32,000 nt of DNA, from NCBI RefSeq assembly GCF_000146065.2, contig NC_020449.1:1370654-1402653 (forward strand). Direction: 5' to 3'. The notes beneath the pieces were generated by a model that saw only the letters and a program-made list of their open reading frames with translations, searched no databases and was not told where the DNA came from. Positions 1 through 8,886 of this stretch are shown here, piece by piece. Numbering within the stretch: the stretch's first letter is position 1; each line of letters starts with the position of its first letter. The translations under genes were made by a program, and so were the position numbers. This DNA is from Candidatus Cloacimonas acidaminovorans str. Evry. GTDB lineage: Bacteria; Cloacimonadota; Cloacimonadia; Cloacimonadales; Cloacimonadaceae.

Positions 1-1
1 T

Positions 2-421
2 AATGTTGGTTCTCTTTTTCGGACTGCGGAATGCTTAGGGATAGGAAAAATTATTGTCTGCGGAATAACCCCTACTCCGGAACATAGTAATATGCCAAAA
101 ACGGCTATGGGAACGGAAAAACTCGTTGCCTGGCAATATTTTCCCAGCACTACTGAAGCAATTGCTTTTTGCCATCAAGAAGGTTTTTTTATTTATGCTC
201 TGGAAACGATAGATAACGCAAAAAGTGTATTTCAGACCGTTTATCAATTTCCTCTTGCGATTGTTATCGGAAATGAAGCTCTTGGCATAGAATCATCAAT
301 TTTAGAGCTTTGTGATGAATTTATCACTTTGCCCCAATTGGGTTGGAAAAATTCTTTAAATGTAGGCGTGGCAACAGGAATTGTCCTTTATCAAATTCTG
401 TTTGGAGGTTTTAATGGATAA
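2..421 (+). CDS. SpoU/TrmH-family RNA methyltransferase, C-terminal part (5' end lies outside the window)
   Basis: The frame is open from base 2 (NVGSLFRTAECLGIGKIIVCG...) and runs into track ORF 92..421. SPOUT-type motifs are present: GSLFRTAE, AIVIGNEALGI and NSLNVGVATGIVLY. Confidence 0.75.
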   Translation, partial: NVGSLFRTAECLGIGKIIVCGITPTPEHSNMPKTAMGTEKLVAWQYFPSTTEAIAFCHQEGFFIYALETIDNAKSVFQTVYQFPLAIVIGNEALGIESSILELCDEFITLPQLGWKNSLNVGVATGIVLYQILFGGFNG

Positions 422-1241
422 CCTTGCTTATTTTGAAAAACTGCTTATTTTACTGCAAGAACATAGCCCTGTCTGGCAGGCAAATATTATTGAAAGCGAT
501 GGTTCAACTCCGGCAAAAACGGGAATGAAATTAGCCATTCCGTTAAAGGAAGAACCATTTGGCAATTTGGGTGGAGGGGAATTGGAACATACGGTTATAG
601 AGAAAATTAGAAATGATAAACCCGGAAAAGCCACAATTTATATTTTTAATTTATCTGCAGATGGCTCTAAATCCGGAATTGAAACTTCTATGCTGTGCGG
701 AGGTTATGTAAAAGTATATGTTGAACCGTTATTTTCCCCCGATAAACTTTATATTATTGGAGCGGGACATTGCGGCAAAGCATTAGGAAAATTAGCTTGC
801 CTTTGCGGTTTTTATGTTGTCCTGATAGACAACCGAAAAGAAATTATTGATAATTTACCTGAGGATTGTTGTCATCGTGCTATATATCACGATTATGCAA
901 ACCTGGCTGAGATTATTGATTTTAATCCCAATACTTGGATTGTGATTATGACTCACGGTCACTTGCACGATAAAGAAGTTCTGGAACAATGCCTGAGAAA
1001 ACCCTTTCGCTATTTGGGAATGATTGGCAGTAAAACTAAAGCAGCCGCTACTTTTACTAAATTGAAAGAAAAGGGATTTACCCCGGAAGAGCTGGCTAAA
1101 TGCCATTCACCTGTAGGTTTACCTATCGGATCAAATACACCTTACGAAATTGCAGTGAGCATTATGGCAGAGCTTATCTCGTTGCGTAATCTTCAAGATA
1201 AAGAGGAAAAGAGTTTTGTTCACAAAGAGATAAAGAGATAA
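414..1241 (+). CDS. XdhC/CoxI-family accessory protein (Rossmann-like XdhC_C domain)
   Basis: Track ORF 381..1241. Motifs LYIIGAGHCGKALGKLA, IVIMTHGHLHDKEVL and YLGMIGSKTK are typical of XdhC. The in-frame ATG at 414 overlaps the upstream stop (419-421) and is the likelier start. The last ~45 nt and the stop codon lie in the first unit of a 40-bp tandem array. Confidence 0.75.
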   Translation: MDNLAYFEKLLILLQEHSPVWQANIIESDGSTPAKTGMKLAIPLKEEPFGNLGGGELEHTVIEKIRNDKPGKATIYIFNLSADGSKSGIETSMLCGGYVKVYVEPLFSPDKLYIIGAGHCGKALGKLACLCGFYVVLIDNRKEIIDNLPEDCCHRAIYHDYANLAEIIDFNPNTWIVIMTHGHLHDKEVLEQCLRKPFRYLGMIGSKTKAAATFTKLKEKGFTPEELAKCHSPVGLPIGSNTPYEIAVSIMAELISLRNLQDKEEKSFVHKEIKR

Positions 1242-1445
1242 AGAGAAAAAGAGTTTTATTCACAAAGAGAAAAAGAGATAAAGAGAAAAAGAGTTTTTTT
1301 CACAAAGAGATAAAGAGATAAAGAGGAAAAAAGTATTATTCACAAAGAGAAAAAGAGATAAAGAGTAAAAGAGTTTTTTTCACAAAGAGATAAAGAGATA
1401 AAGAGGATAAAAGTATTATTCACAAAGAGGAAAAGAGAAAATAAC
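1197..1445. repeat. 40-bp tandem repeat array, about 6 units (cacaaagagaWaaagagataaagagNaaaagagttttNtt)
   Basis: The word cacaaagag recurs at 1221, 1261, 1301, 1341, 1381 and 1421. Odd and even units alternate, giving an 80-bp higher-order period. There are no unique spacers. Confidence 0.9.
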
Positions 1446-1454
1446 GGGGGAAAA

Positions 1455-1520
1455 GTTTTGATTTACAATTTTCACTTGCCTTCCCGAATACAATACCCCA
1501 CAATATATTACTCTTACAAC
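1455..1520 (+). repeat. Interspersed ~66-bp intergenic module, copy 1 (gttttgatttacaattttcacttgcc...cttacaac)
   Basis: About 80 percent identical by hand alignment to 12214-12280 in the same orientation. The two copies bracket the hydrogenase operon. Confidence 0.7.
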
Positions 1521-1652
1521 TGGAACTATATTTCAGCATAAAATAAAGACATTTATTTCTCAGAGTTCTACAAACTCTTTGTCAAATAGGAACTTGCCAA
1601 CCCATTTTTAACCAATTGCATTGTTTGAGTTTACACTGTGTTTTTTATCATC

Positions 1653-1690
1653 TGAAAAAAAAATAAGGCGGAGAAAGAAATCTCCGCCTT
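1653..1690 (-). terminator. Rho-independent terminator downstream of hydA (possibly bidirectional)
   Basis: A 10-bp stem, aaggcggaga (1665-1674) with tctccgcctt (1681-1690), has a 6-nt loop. On the minus strand it is followed by a run of 9 T (plus-strand A run 1655-1663). It lies between the convergent XdhC and hydA genes. Confidence 0.8.
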
Positions 1691-1714
1691 TCTGTATCTT
1701 TTAGTAGTAGGAGT

Positions 1715-3499
1715 TTATCCGTGTTTATGAGTAATTTCTGCGGTAACTTGTCCGTTGAATACGGAGCGTTTAAAGTAATGTGTATGTAATAGCTTAAGGG
1801 CAAGTTTGGAATTTGGCTCACCGAGGAATTTTTCATAGACCTTTAGAACTTCCGGATTATGATGCGACATTCTAACAGGTAAATTACGGTCTTCTTCATA
1901 TAAAGCCAAACCTCTTCTCGCTCTGGAAGCAATATCATTGCCGTAAGGTTGGCCTCCTCCACCTACACAACCTCCCGGACAAGCCATAATTTCAATAAAA
2001 TGCCAGGGGGATTCACCTTTTGTGGCAAGACCTTCACGCACACGATCAAGAACCTTACGCGCGTTGGAAAGTCCATGAGCAACAGCTACATTCACTTTTC
2101 CAAAGCCGGGAACATCAACCGATGCTTCTTTAACTCCTTCCAGTCCACGCACTGCCGTAATATCCACATTCTGCAAATCAGTGCCAGTTACAAGGTAATA
2201 AGCACTACGAATTGCAGCTTCCATAACTCCGCCTGTGGCTCCAAAAATTGTTCCTGCACCGGTATAAAAACTCATTCCTTCGTCCGGTTCTTCATCCGGT
2301 ATGTTAGCAAAATCAATTCCCGCTTCTTTAATCATCCGAATAAATTCCCGCGTTGTTAAAACATAATCGGTATCCTGAAAACCGCTATCGCTTAATTCTG
2401 GACGTCGTGCTTCAAATTTCTTAGCGGTGCATGGCATAATGGCAACCGAGACAATTTTAGCAGGATCAATTCCTTTTTCCTGGGCATAATAGGTCTTGGA
2501 AAGAACTCCAAACATACTCATAGGTGATTTTGCCGTTGAAACACAATCCGCTAAATCGGGATAATAGGTCTCCATAAATTTAATCCAACCGGGAGAACAG
2601 GAAGTAATCAGCGGTCTCTTTTCTCCCGCTTTCAGTTTGGTTACGCATTCCGTGCCTTCTTCCATAATGGTTAAATCGGCAGTAAAATTGGTATCCATAA
2701 CCGAATCAAAACCGATTTTACGCAGAGCTGCATACATTTTTTTAGGAGTTACGCTACCTAAAGGCATTCCAAATTCTTCACCTAAAGAAACACGAATGGA
2801 AGGTGCTTCCTGAACTATCACATGTTTTTCAGGGTCTAAAATCGCTTCCCAAACAGCATCCAGTTCACTTCTTTCGTGCAATGCACCCGTAGGACAATAA
2901 ACAGTACACTGACCACAATTAACACATGGGCTATTTGCCATTCCCTGACTGAAGGCAGTATCAATATGGGTATCAATTCCTCTTTCGGCAAAAGTGAGAG
3001 CATAAACCGTTTGCACTTCGTTACATACGGTTATACAACGTCCGCATCCGATACATTTATTGGTATCTCTGATAATGGACAAACTGGATTCATCGGCAGG
3101 TGTTTTAACCAAAATGTTAGGTAACGCCTCAGAATCCACTCCCAGATTATTTGCCAGGGATTGTAATTCGCATTTATTGTTGGCAGGACAAGTAGGACAG
3201 GTTACATCATGATTGGAAAGAATCATTTCCACAACTGTCTTACGATAGGAACGAAGTTTCTTTGAATTAGTAACAATTTTCATTCCTTCCGCCACAGGAG
3301 TACAACAGGCACGTTTGGGAGTTGGATTTCCTGCAATTTCCACAACACAAACACCACAATTTCCTGTAGGAGGTAAATCGGGGTGATAACACAAACGGGG
3401 AATATAAATTCCAATTTTATCTGCGGCTTCTATAATAGTCATTGTCTCCGGAACTTCCAGATGATGACCGTCTATAAAGACATTTACTGTTTTAGCCAT
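1715..3499 (-). CDS. hydA: [FeFe] hydrogenase catalytic subunit, multi-cluster (M3-type) as in NADH/ferredoxin-dependent bifurcating enzymes
   Basis: The 594-aa protein has an N-terminal 2Fe-2S region (CYHPDLPPTGNCGVCVVE) and a His/Cys cluster (HDVTCPTCPANNKC). Two 4Fe-4S motifs follow (CIGCGRCITVC, CVNCGQCTVYCP). H-cluster motifs are TSCSPGW, MPCTAKKFE and EIMACPGGCVGGGGQP. An SD-like aagagga lies upstream. Confidence 0.95.
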   Translation of the reverse strand: MAKTVNVFIDGHHLEVPETMTIIEAADKIGIYIPRLCYHPDLPPTGNCGVCVVEIAGNPTPKRACCTPVAEGMKIVTNSKKLRSYRKTVVEMILSNHDVTCPTCPANNKCELQSLANNLGVDSEALPNILVKTPADESSLSIIRDTNKCIGCGRCITVCNEVQTVYALTFAERGIDTHIDTAFSQGMANSPCVNCGQCTVYCPTGALHERSELDAVWEAILDPEKHVIVQEAPSIRVSLGEEFGMPLGSVTPKKMYAALRKIGFDSVMDTNFTADLTIMEEGTECVTKLKAGEKRPLITSCSPGWIKFMETYYPDLADCVSTAKSPMSMFGVLSKTYYAQEKGIDPAKIVSVAIMPCTAKKFEARRPELSDSGFQDTDYVLTTREFIRMIKEAGIDFANIPDEEPDEGMSFYTGAGTIFGATGGVMEAAIRSAYYLVTGTDLQNVDITAVRGLEGVKEASVDVPGFGKVNVAVAHGLSNARKVLDRVREGLATKGESPWHFIEIMACPGGCVGGGGQPYGNDIASRARRGLALYEEDRNLPVRMSHHNPEVLKVYEKFLGEPNSKLALKLLHTHYFKRSVFNGQVTAEITHKHG

Positions 3500-3520
3500 A
3501 ATATCAATCCTCTTATTTTC

Positions 3521-5083
3521 TTACTTTTTGGTTATTTCAATGAATTCATCGGTAAAATTTTCAATCGCACTGCGAACAGCCATAATTGGCGATTGACCTA
3601 AAGCACAGAAAGATGTTTGCTGCATTGTTTCAGCTATTAAGAGCATTAAATTCACATCTTCCATAGTCCCATTTCCTTTGCGGATTTTGGAAATTAGCTG
3701 ATAAAGCTGTTGGGTTCCGTTTTTACAAGGAGAACATTTTCCGCAGGATTCATGGCGGAAGAAACGCAGAATACTCCAAAGCAAATCAACAATACTCTGG
3801 TGTTCATTCAAAACTAAAATGGCTCCGCTACCTAAAACAGCAGAATATTGATTCAAGCTGGTAAAATCCATTTTCACATCTAAAAGGCGATCGGGAAGAA
3901 TAACTCCGGCTGCTCCACCTACCAATGCTGCTTTGAAACGGAAACCTTTTTTCATTCCACCTGCATAATCGTTGATAATGGTTCTTAAAGTTGTTCCCAT
4001 ATCCACTTCGCAAAGTCCCGGATAAGCAACATCTCCAAGAATTGTATAGACCTTAGTTCCAGGACAATCAGGGGTTCCATATTGCAAAAATTCATCGGCA
4101 CCCTTGGCAATAATGAAAGGCACATTTGCTAAGGTCTCAACATTATTAACTATCGTAGGAGCTTTCCAAAGTCCTTCCACTCCGGGAAAAGGTGGTTTCC
4201 AACGCGGAGTTCCTCTGTTTCCTTCCAGGGATTCAATTAAAGCTGTTTCCTCTCCACAAACATAAGCTCCGGCTCCAATTTTGAGTTCAATATCCAAGTC
4301 AAATCCGCTATCAAAGATATTTTTGCCTAAAATGCCATAGTCATAAGCTTGTTTAATGGCTTTTTCCAAACGGGCAATACAGAGCTTATATTCACCGCGG
4401 ATATAAATATATGCCTTACTGGCACCTACCGCACGCGCACAAAGTATAATACCTTCCAGCAATTGATGCGGGTCTCCTTCCATAATTAAACGGTCTTTAA
4501 AAGTGCCGGGTTCTCCTTCATCAGCATTAACAACTACATATTTTTGGGGAACATCAAGAGCGGATGTAAAGCTCCATTTAAGACCTGCAGGAAATGCTGC
4601 TCCGCCTCTTCCTTTCAATCCCGATTTTTTCACTTCGGCAATAATATCATTTGGTTGCATATTAGTTAATGCCTTTTCCAATGCTACATAGCCGCCAGCA
4701 CCAATATAGTCATCAATATTTTCGGGGTCAATGATACCTGAATTGCGTAAAACAATGCGGTTTTCATAGTTGAACTTGGGACTAAATTTTTCTGTAACTC
4801 CAACCATTAAGCGTTTTACCGGGCGTCCTTTCAGGAAATGTTCCTGCACAAGTTCCGGAATATCTTCTATTTTAACGCCTTCATAATTGATGTTTTCGGG
4901 ATATACAGTCAAGCAAATCCCTCTGCCGAAAAAGCCCAAAGGTCCTGTTTCCAGAATATTGATTTCTTCCGCTAAATCATTTTTGGCTAATTCATTGCGG
5001 AGAGCAGTAATAAATTCCTGAACTCCAGCTGCGAGAGAGGTCTCATTAATTGAGACCAAAATATGACTGCGATAGAATTTCAT
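3521..5083 (-). CDS. NuoF-like flavoprotein paralog with FMN/NADH site and one 4Fe-4S, lacking the C-terminal ferredoxin domain and the N-terminal cluster cysteines
   Basis: The 520-aa protein carries GLKGRGGAAFPAGLKW, NADEGEPGTFKDR and ESCGKCSPCKNG...CALGQS. Its N-terminal thioredoxin-like region reads VSINETS...GPLGFFG where the 619-aa paralog has CCGSGC...GCMGPC. It ends directly after the N3-type cluster. The start overlaps the upstream stop by 1 nt. Confidence 0.85.
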   Translation of the reverse strand: MKFYRSHILVSINETSLAAGVQEFITALRNELAKNDLAEEINILETGPLGFFGRGICLTVYPENINYEGVKIEDIPELVQEHFLKGRPVKRLMVGVTEKFSPKFNYENRIVLRNSGIIDPENIDDYIGAGGYVALEKALTNMQPNDIIAEVKKSGLKGRGGAAFPAGLKWSFTSALDVPQKYVVVNADEGEPGTFKDRLIMEGDPHQLLEGIILCARAVGASKAYIYIRGEYKLCIARLEKAIKQAYDYGILGKNIFDSGFDLDIELKIGAGAYVCGEETALIESLEGNRGTPRWKPPFPGVEGLWKAPTIVNNVETLANVPFIIAKGADEFLQYGTPDCPGTKVYTILGDVAYPGLCEVDMGTTLRTIINDYAGGMKKGFRFKAALVGGAAGVILPDRLLDVKMDFTSLNQYSAVLGSGAILVLNEHQSIVDLLWSILRFFRHESCGKCSPCKNGTQQLYQLISKIRKGNGTMEDVNLMLLIAETMQQTSFCALGQSPIMAVRSAIENFTDEFIEITKK

Positions 5084-5538
5084 TATCTCCTCCCTCTGAT
5101 TCTTTCAATAATTTCTTCCACTTTCTCTTCCGTGAGGTCACCGTAAACATCATCATTAATCATCATCACAGGTGCATTTCCACAAACACCTAAACAGGAA
5201 GTAAATTCAAGTGTGAATAAGCCGTCTTTCGTTGTTTCGCCAATATTGATGCCAAGCAGAACTTTCAGTTTCCGCAGCATATTGTCCGAGCCCTTAATAT
5301 AACAGGGTGGTGATTCGCAAAGGCGGATAATATTTTTGCCTCTTGGTTTAGTGCTATACATAGTGTAAAATGTCAGCACTCCATAAATATGATTCACAGG
5401 AATATCAAGATATTCAGCAACAGTATCTACTGCTTCAGGAGAAATATAGTGCTGAGGGTCTTGATCCTGAATTTCATGGAGAATCTGAATCAGATTATCC
5501 TTACGGGGAGCATATTTTTGACAAATTTCTTTTATCAT
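5083..5538 (-). CDS. NuoE-like [2Fe-2S] thioredoxin-like ferredoxin subunit
   Basis: The 151-aa protein has the Cys pattern CESPPC...CLGVCGNAP and the FYTMYSTKPRGK motif typical of NuoE/HydC. Confidence 0.9.
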   Translation of the reverse strand: MIKEICQKYAPRKDNLIQILHEIQDQDPQHYISPEAVDTVAEYLDIPVNHIYGVLTFYTMYSTKPRGKNIIRLCESPPCYIKGSDNMLRKLKVLLGINIGETTKDGLFTLEFTSCLGVCGNAPVMMINDDVYGDLTEEKVEEIIERIRGRR

Positions 5539-5550
5539 AGCTCTTATCCT

Positions 5551-7410
5551 TTATTCTTCTTGATTTTGCTTTTGTAATTCCTCTGCTTCACGCATTGCTT
5601 TAACCTCAGGATGCATTCCCGGAATTTTGGAAATGGCTTTTACAGGGCATACATCCATACAGGTTCCGCACTTGATGCAGGATAGTTGATTGATCGTATA
5701 TTTTTCTTCCCGACTACCGGAAATGCAACTTACAGGACATTTGCGCGCGCATAAGGAACATCCTATGCATTTATCCTTGTCTATCTCAAAATGCATTAGA
5801 TCGGGACAAACCTTATTGGCGCAACTTTTATCCCGAATATGAGCTTCATATTCATCGCGGAAATAACGAATTGTGGAAAGAACAGGATTGGGAGCTGTTT
5901 GTCCTAATCCACAAAGGGAAATCTTGGAAATGGTTTCTCCCAGGTGTTGAAGTTCTTCAATATCTCCTTCTTTGCCATATCCGCTATCAATCCTTTTTAA
6001 TATTTCCAGCATTTGTTTCAAGCCAATCTTGCAGGGAGAACATTTTCCACAGGATTCATCCACGCAGAAATCCATAAAGAACTTGGCAACATTCACCATA
6101 CACTTTTCTTCATTCATTACAATCACTCCCCCCGAACCCATCATCGCTCCACGTTCTTTTAAGCTTTCATAATCAATAGGAACATCCAAATGCTGAGTAG
6201 TTAAACAGCCGCCACTGGGACCTCCTAATTGAACTGCTTTGAATTTGTGGTCGCCAATCATTCCTCCACCTACATCAAAAATCAGTTCCCGTAAAGTAAT
6301 TCCCATTGGAACTTCAACCAAACCGGTATTTCTTATATCTCCTGTTAAGGCAAAGACCTTTGTCCCTTTACTGGTTTCTGTTCCCATAGAAGCAAACCAA
6401 TCAGCTCCTTTTAGGATTATAGTTGCAATATTGCCTAAGGTCTCTACATTATTTACTACGGTTGGCTTTTTATAAAGACCTTGGACTGCAGGATAGGGTG
6501 GTTTGGGAGTTGGATTTCCTCTTTGACCTTCAATGGATTGAATTAAAGCTGTCTCTTCGCCACAAACAAAGGCACCTGCACCCGTTCTAACTTCGGCTTC
6601 AAAACTGAATTCACTGCCAAAGATGTTTTTACCTAACAAACCGGTTTCCTTAGCTTTTTCAATAGCCATTTTGATCCGCTTGATAGCTAAAGGATATTCT
6701 GCCCGGATATAAAAATATCCGTTTTGGGCTCCGGTAGCATAAGCAGCAATCATCATTCCTTCCAAAACACGATGCGGATCACCTTCCAGTAAACTTCTAT
6801 CCATAAAAGCACCGGGATCGCCTTCGTCTCCATTGCAAATAAAGTATTTTTCTTCTACAGGATTGTCGTGCACCATTTGCCATTTAAGGTAAGTAGGAAA
6901 ACCGCCTCCTCCCCTTCCCCGCAATCCTGATTTTTTAATAATATCTATGGTCTGCTGAGGAGTTAGAGTAGTTAAAACAGTTCCCAATGCTTCATAACCG
7001 CCGGTAGCAATGTATTCTTCAATGCTTTCTGGATCAATATAACCGCAATTGGCAAGGGCTACTTTCACCTGTTTTTGGTAAAAAGGGATTTCTTTCTGCG
7101 TAAGGAAGGTCTTATCTTCTTCATCCTGAAGCATCAAACGTTTTACAGGACGCCCCTTTAAAAAGTGTTCATTCACAATTTCTTCTACATCATCAGGGGT
7201 AACTTTTTTGTAGAAAACACCTTCCGGGTAAATTACAATTACCGGACCATAATCACAGGGTCCCATACAACCGGTTTCAATGATGTTGATTTCATTTGTC
7301 AGTCCTTTTGTTTTTAGGACATTATGAAACTGTTCTTTAACTTTTAAGGCACCGGCACTTACACATCCTGACCCACAGCAAATCAATAGGTCAATACGTT
7401 TTAATGACAT
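5551..7410 (-). CDS. hydB: NuoF-like hydrogenase beta subunit: N-terminal 2Fe-2S domain, FMN/NADH site, 4Fe-4S, C-terminal 2x[4Fe-4S]
   Basis: The 619-aa protein carries CCGSGC...GCMGPC, GLRGRGGGGFPTYLKW, NGDEGDPGAFMDR and ESCGKCSPCKIG...CGLGQT. C-terminal motifs are CIGCSLCARKCP and CIKCGTCMDVCP. Confidence 0.92.
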   Translation of the reverse strand: MSLKRIDLLICCGSGCVSAGALKVKEQFHNVLKTKGLTNEINIIETGCMGPCDYGPVIVIYPEGVFYKKVTPDDVEEIVNEHFLKGRPVKRLMLQDEEDKTFLTQKEIPFYQKQVKVALANCGYIDPESIEEYIATGGYEALGTVLTTLTPQQTIDIIKKSGLRGRGGGGFPTYLKWQMVHDNPVEEKYFICNGDEGDPGAFMDRSLLEGDPHRVLEGMMIAAYATGAQNGYFYIRAEYPLAIKRIKMAIEKAKETGLLGKNIFGSEFSFEAEVRTGAGAFVCGEETALIQSIEGQRGNPTPKPPYPAVQGLYKKPTVVNNVETLGNIATIILKGADWFASMGTETSKGTKVFALTGDIRNTGLVEVPMGITLRELIFDVGGGMIGDHKFKAVQLGGPSGGCLTTQHLDVPIDYESLKERGAMMGSGGVIVMNEEKCMVNVAKFFMDFCVDESCGKCSPCKIGLKQMLEILKRIDSGYGKEGDIEELQHLGETISKISLCGLGQTAPNPVLSTIRYFRDEYEAHIRDKSCANKVCPDLMHFEIDKDKCIGCSLCARKCPVSCISGSREEKYTINQLSCIKCGTCMDVCPVKAISKIPGMHPEVKAMREAEELQKQNQEE

Positions 7411-7425
7411 TCTTTTCCTCCAGAA

Positions 7426-7791
7426 TCAGTTGCCTGTAGCGACAACATAATCTGAAACGATTCTGCCATTTACTATGTGTTCTACAACTACCTTTTTAAC
7501 TTTTTCGGGAGTCATATTGCCGTAAGTGACTTTTGGCTTGCCTTCTTCAATAATATCCACAACGGGTTCCAGGGAAGAAAGCCCTTTTTCACCTGTTTGA
7601 GTAACTAAAACATCAGTTAAATTGCGGTTAGCAATTTCTTCCAGGAAGGTTTTCATAACTTCTCTTGCACCCATAGCGATTCCGGATGTGCCCATCCCGA
7701 CCACTATTTTGATGCGTGTGTTTCCACCGCGAAGTTTCATTTCTTCCTGAGCTTTTTCACGGATTTTTTTAAGGTCTGCGAGTGTTTTCAT
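7426..7791 (-). CDS. HndB/HydD-like thioredoxin-like ferredoxin-fold protein, cysteine-free
   Basis: The 121-aa protein shares layout with (2Fe-2S) ferredoxin-domain proteins of hydrogenase operons (IKIVVGMGTSGIAMGA...TQTGEKGLSSLEPVV). The translated sequence contains no Cys at all. Confidence 0.65.
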   Translation of the reverse strand: MKTLADLKKIREKAQEEMKLRGGNTRIKIVVGMGTSGIAMGAREVMKTFLEEIANRNLTDVLVTQTGEKGLSSLEPVVDIIEEGKPKVTYGNMTPEKVKKVVVEHIVNGRIVSDYVVATGN

Positions 7792-8360
7792 CAGACATCC
7801 TCCATATTTGTGTTTTGTATTCCTTCTAATAATGATTGATCAATGTATTCAATAACATCGGGATAAGTTAAAGGTATATTTCCCAATTCTTCTTTAATAG
7901 CCGCGGTATCAAAATAGAAGCTCTTTTCCACACCGCGTTCGTGGCTGATAAGTTTAATGGTAAAATCAACTTCGGGATGGCCTATAATAGCACCTAAAAG
8001 AGTATCTTTCAAGTTTCCCAGGGGCATTCTGTCTATATGGTCTAATTGAAAATCCACCGTTAAAACAGTGCCAAAACCAGGTTCACTGGTCATTTTAAAA
8101 CTGCCGTTTGTTGCTTCTGCATTTTGTTTAACCAGGGGTATTCCGAGCCCTACTTTTTTCTCCCGCTCTTCTTTAGATGTATAAAATGGACTTTGCGCCT
8201 TATCTAAGGTTTGAGAATCCATTCCTACTCCATCGTCTTCCACAATTAAACGCAGGATATTATCCTGCACATCGCGAATAATACGGATTTTAATGTTCTT
8301 TGCTTTGGCGCGAACGGAATTTTCTATAATATCCAGAAGGTGTAATGAAATATCTTGCAT
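7791..8360 (-). CDS. GHKL/HATPase_c ATP-binding protein (histidine-kinase-like ATPase without a sensor or DHp domain)
   Basis: The 189-aa protein has an N-box-like LLDIIENSVRA, G1 VEDDGVGMD and G2 GLGIPLV...GFGT. It overlaps the downstream start by 1 nt. This is a conserved position in Fe-only hydrogenase operons of thermoanaerobes. Confidence 0.75.
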   Translation of the reverse strand: MQDISLHLLDIIENSVRAKAKNIKIRIIRDVQDNILRLIVEDDGVGMDSQTLDKAQSPFYTSKEEREKKVGLGIPLVKQNAEATNGSFKMTSEPGFGTVLTVDFQLDHIDRMPLGNLKDTLLGAIIGHPEVDFTIKLISHERGVEKSFYFDTAAIKEELGNIPLTYPDVIEYIDQSLLEGIQNTNMEDV

Positions 8361-8373
8361 TTCAGAATCCGGA

Positions 8374-8856
8374 TTATTTGTAGCGTTTCAGGATTTCGGC
8401 TATTTTATCCTTACTATCAATTCTACCGTAGGTTTCTTCCCCGATTACAAATACCGGAGCTAAAGAACAGGCACCTACACAACGAACTGCACTCATTGTA
8501 AAAATGCCGTCTTTTGTGGTCTCCCCCATTTGGATTCCCAATTCTTCAGAAAGCATTTGGACTAAGCGAGGAGCTCCTTTAACGAAACAGGCAGTGCCTA
8601 AACAAACATTAAGATTATATTTTCCGCGAGGAGTCATCGTAAAAAAGTTGTAAAAAGTAACTACTCCATAAATCTGATTGACGGGAATATTTAATTCCTG
8701 AGCTATAAATTCTTGCACTTCCACAGGCAGGTAACCGAATATTTCCTGAGCTGAACGAAGAATTTCAATGAGGGGATTGCGGATTTTTTTCTTTTCTTCA
8801 ATCACTTTTTTCAGATGTGCATATTGGTCATTTTGCATCTGATCTGCGGGAATCAT
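8374..8856 (-). CDS. hydC: NuoE-like [2Fe-2S] subunit (hydrogenase gamma subunit type)
   Basis: The 160-aa protein has the Cys pattern CLGTAC...CVGACSLAP and the FYNFFTMTPRGK motif. Confidence 0.9.
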   Translation of the reverse strand: MIPADQMQNDQYAHLKKVIEEKKKIRNPLIEILRSAQEIFGYLPVEVQEFIAQELNIPVNQIYGVVTFYNFFTMTPRGKYNLNVCLGTACFVKGAPRLVQMLSEELGIQMGETTKDGIFTMSAVRCVGACSLAPVFVIGEETYGRIDSKDKIAEILKRYK

Positions 8857-8886
8857 AATTTCTCCTTATTTTATCTATATTTTTTC

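Noticed and set aside
1197-1445. Possible CRISPR array (regularly spaced 40-bp period)
   Set aside because: The units abut one another with no unique spacers, and the whole period is repeated with drift. No cas genes are nearby. It is a plain tandem repeat.
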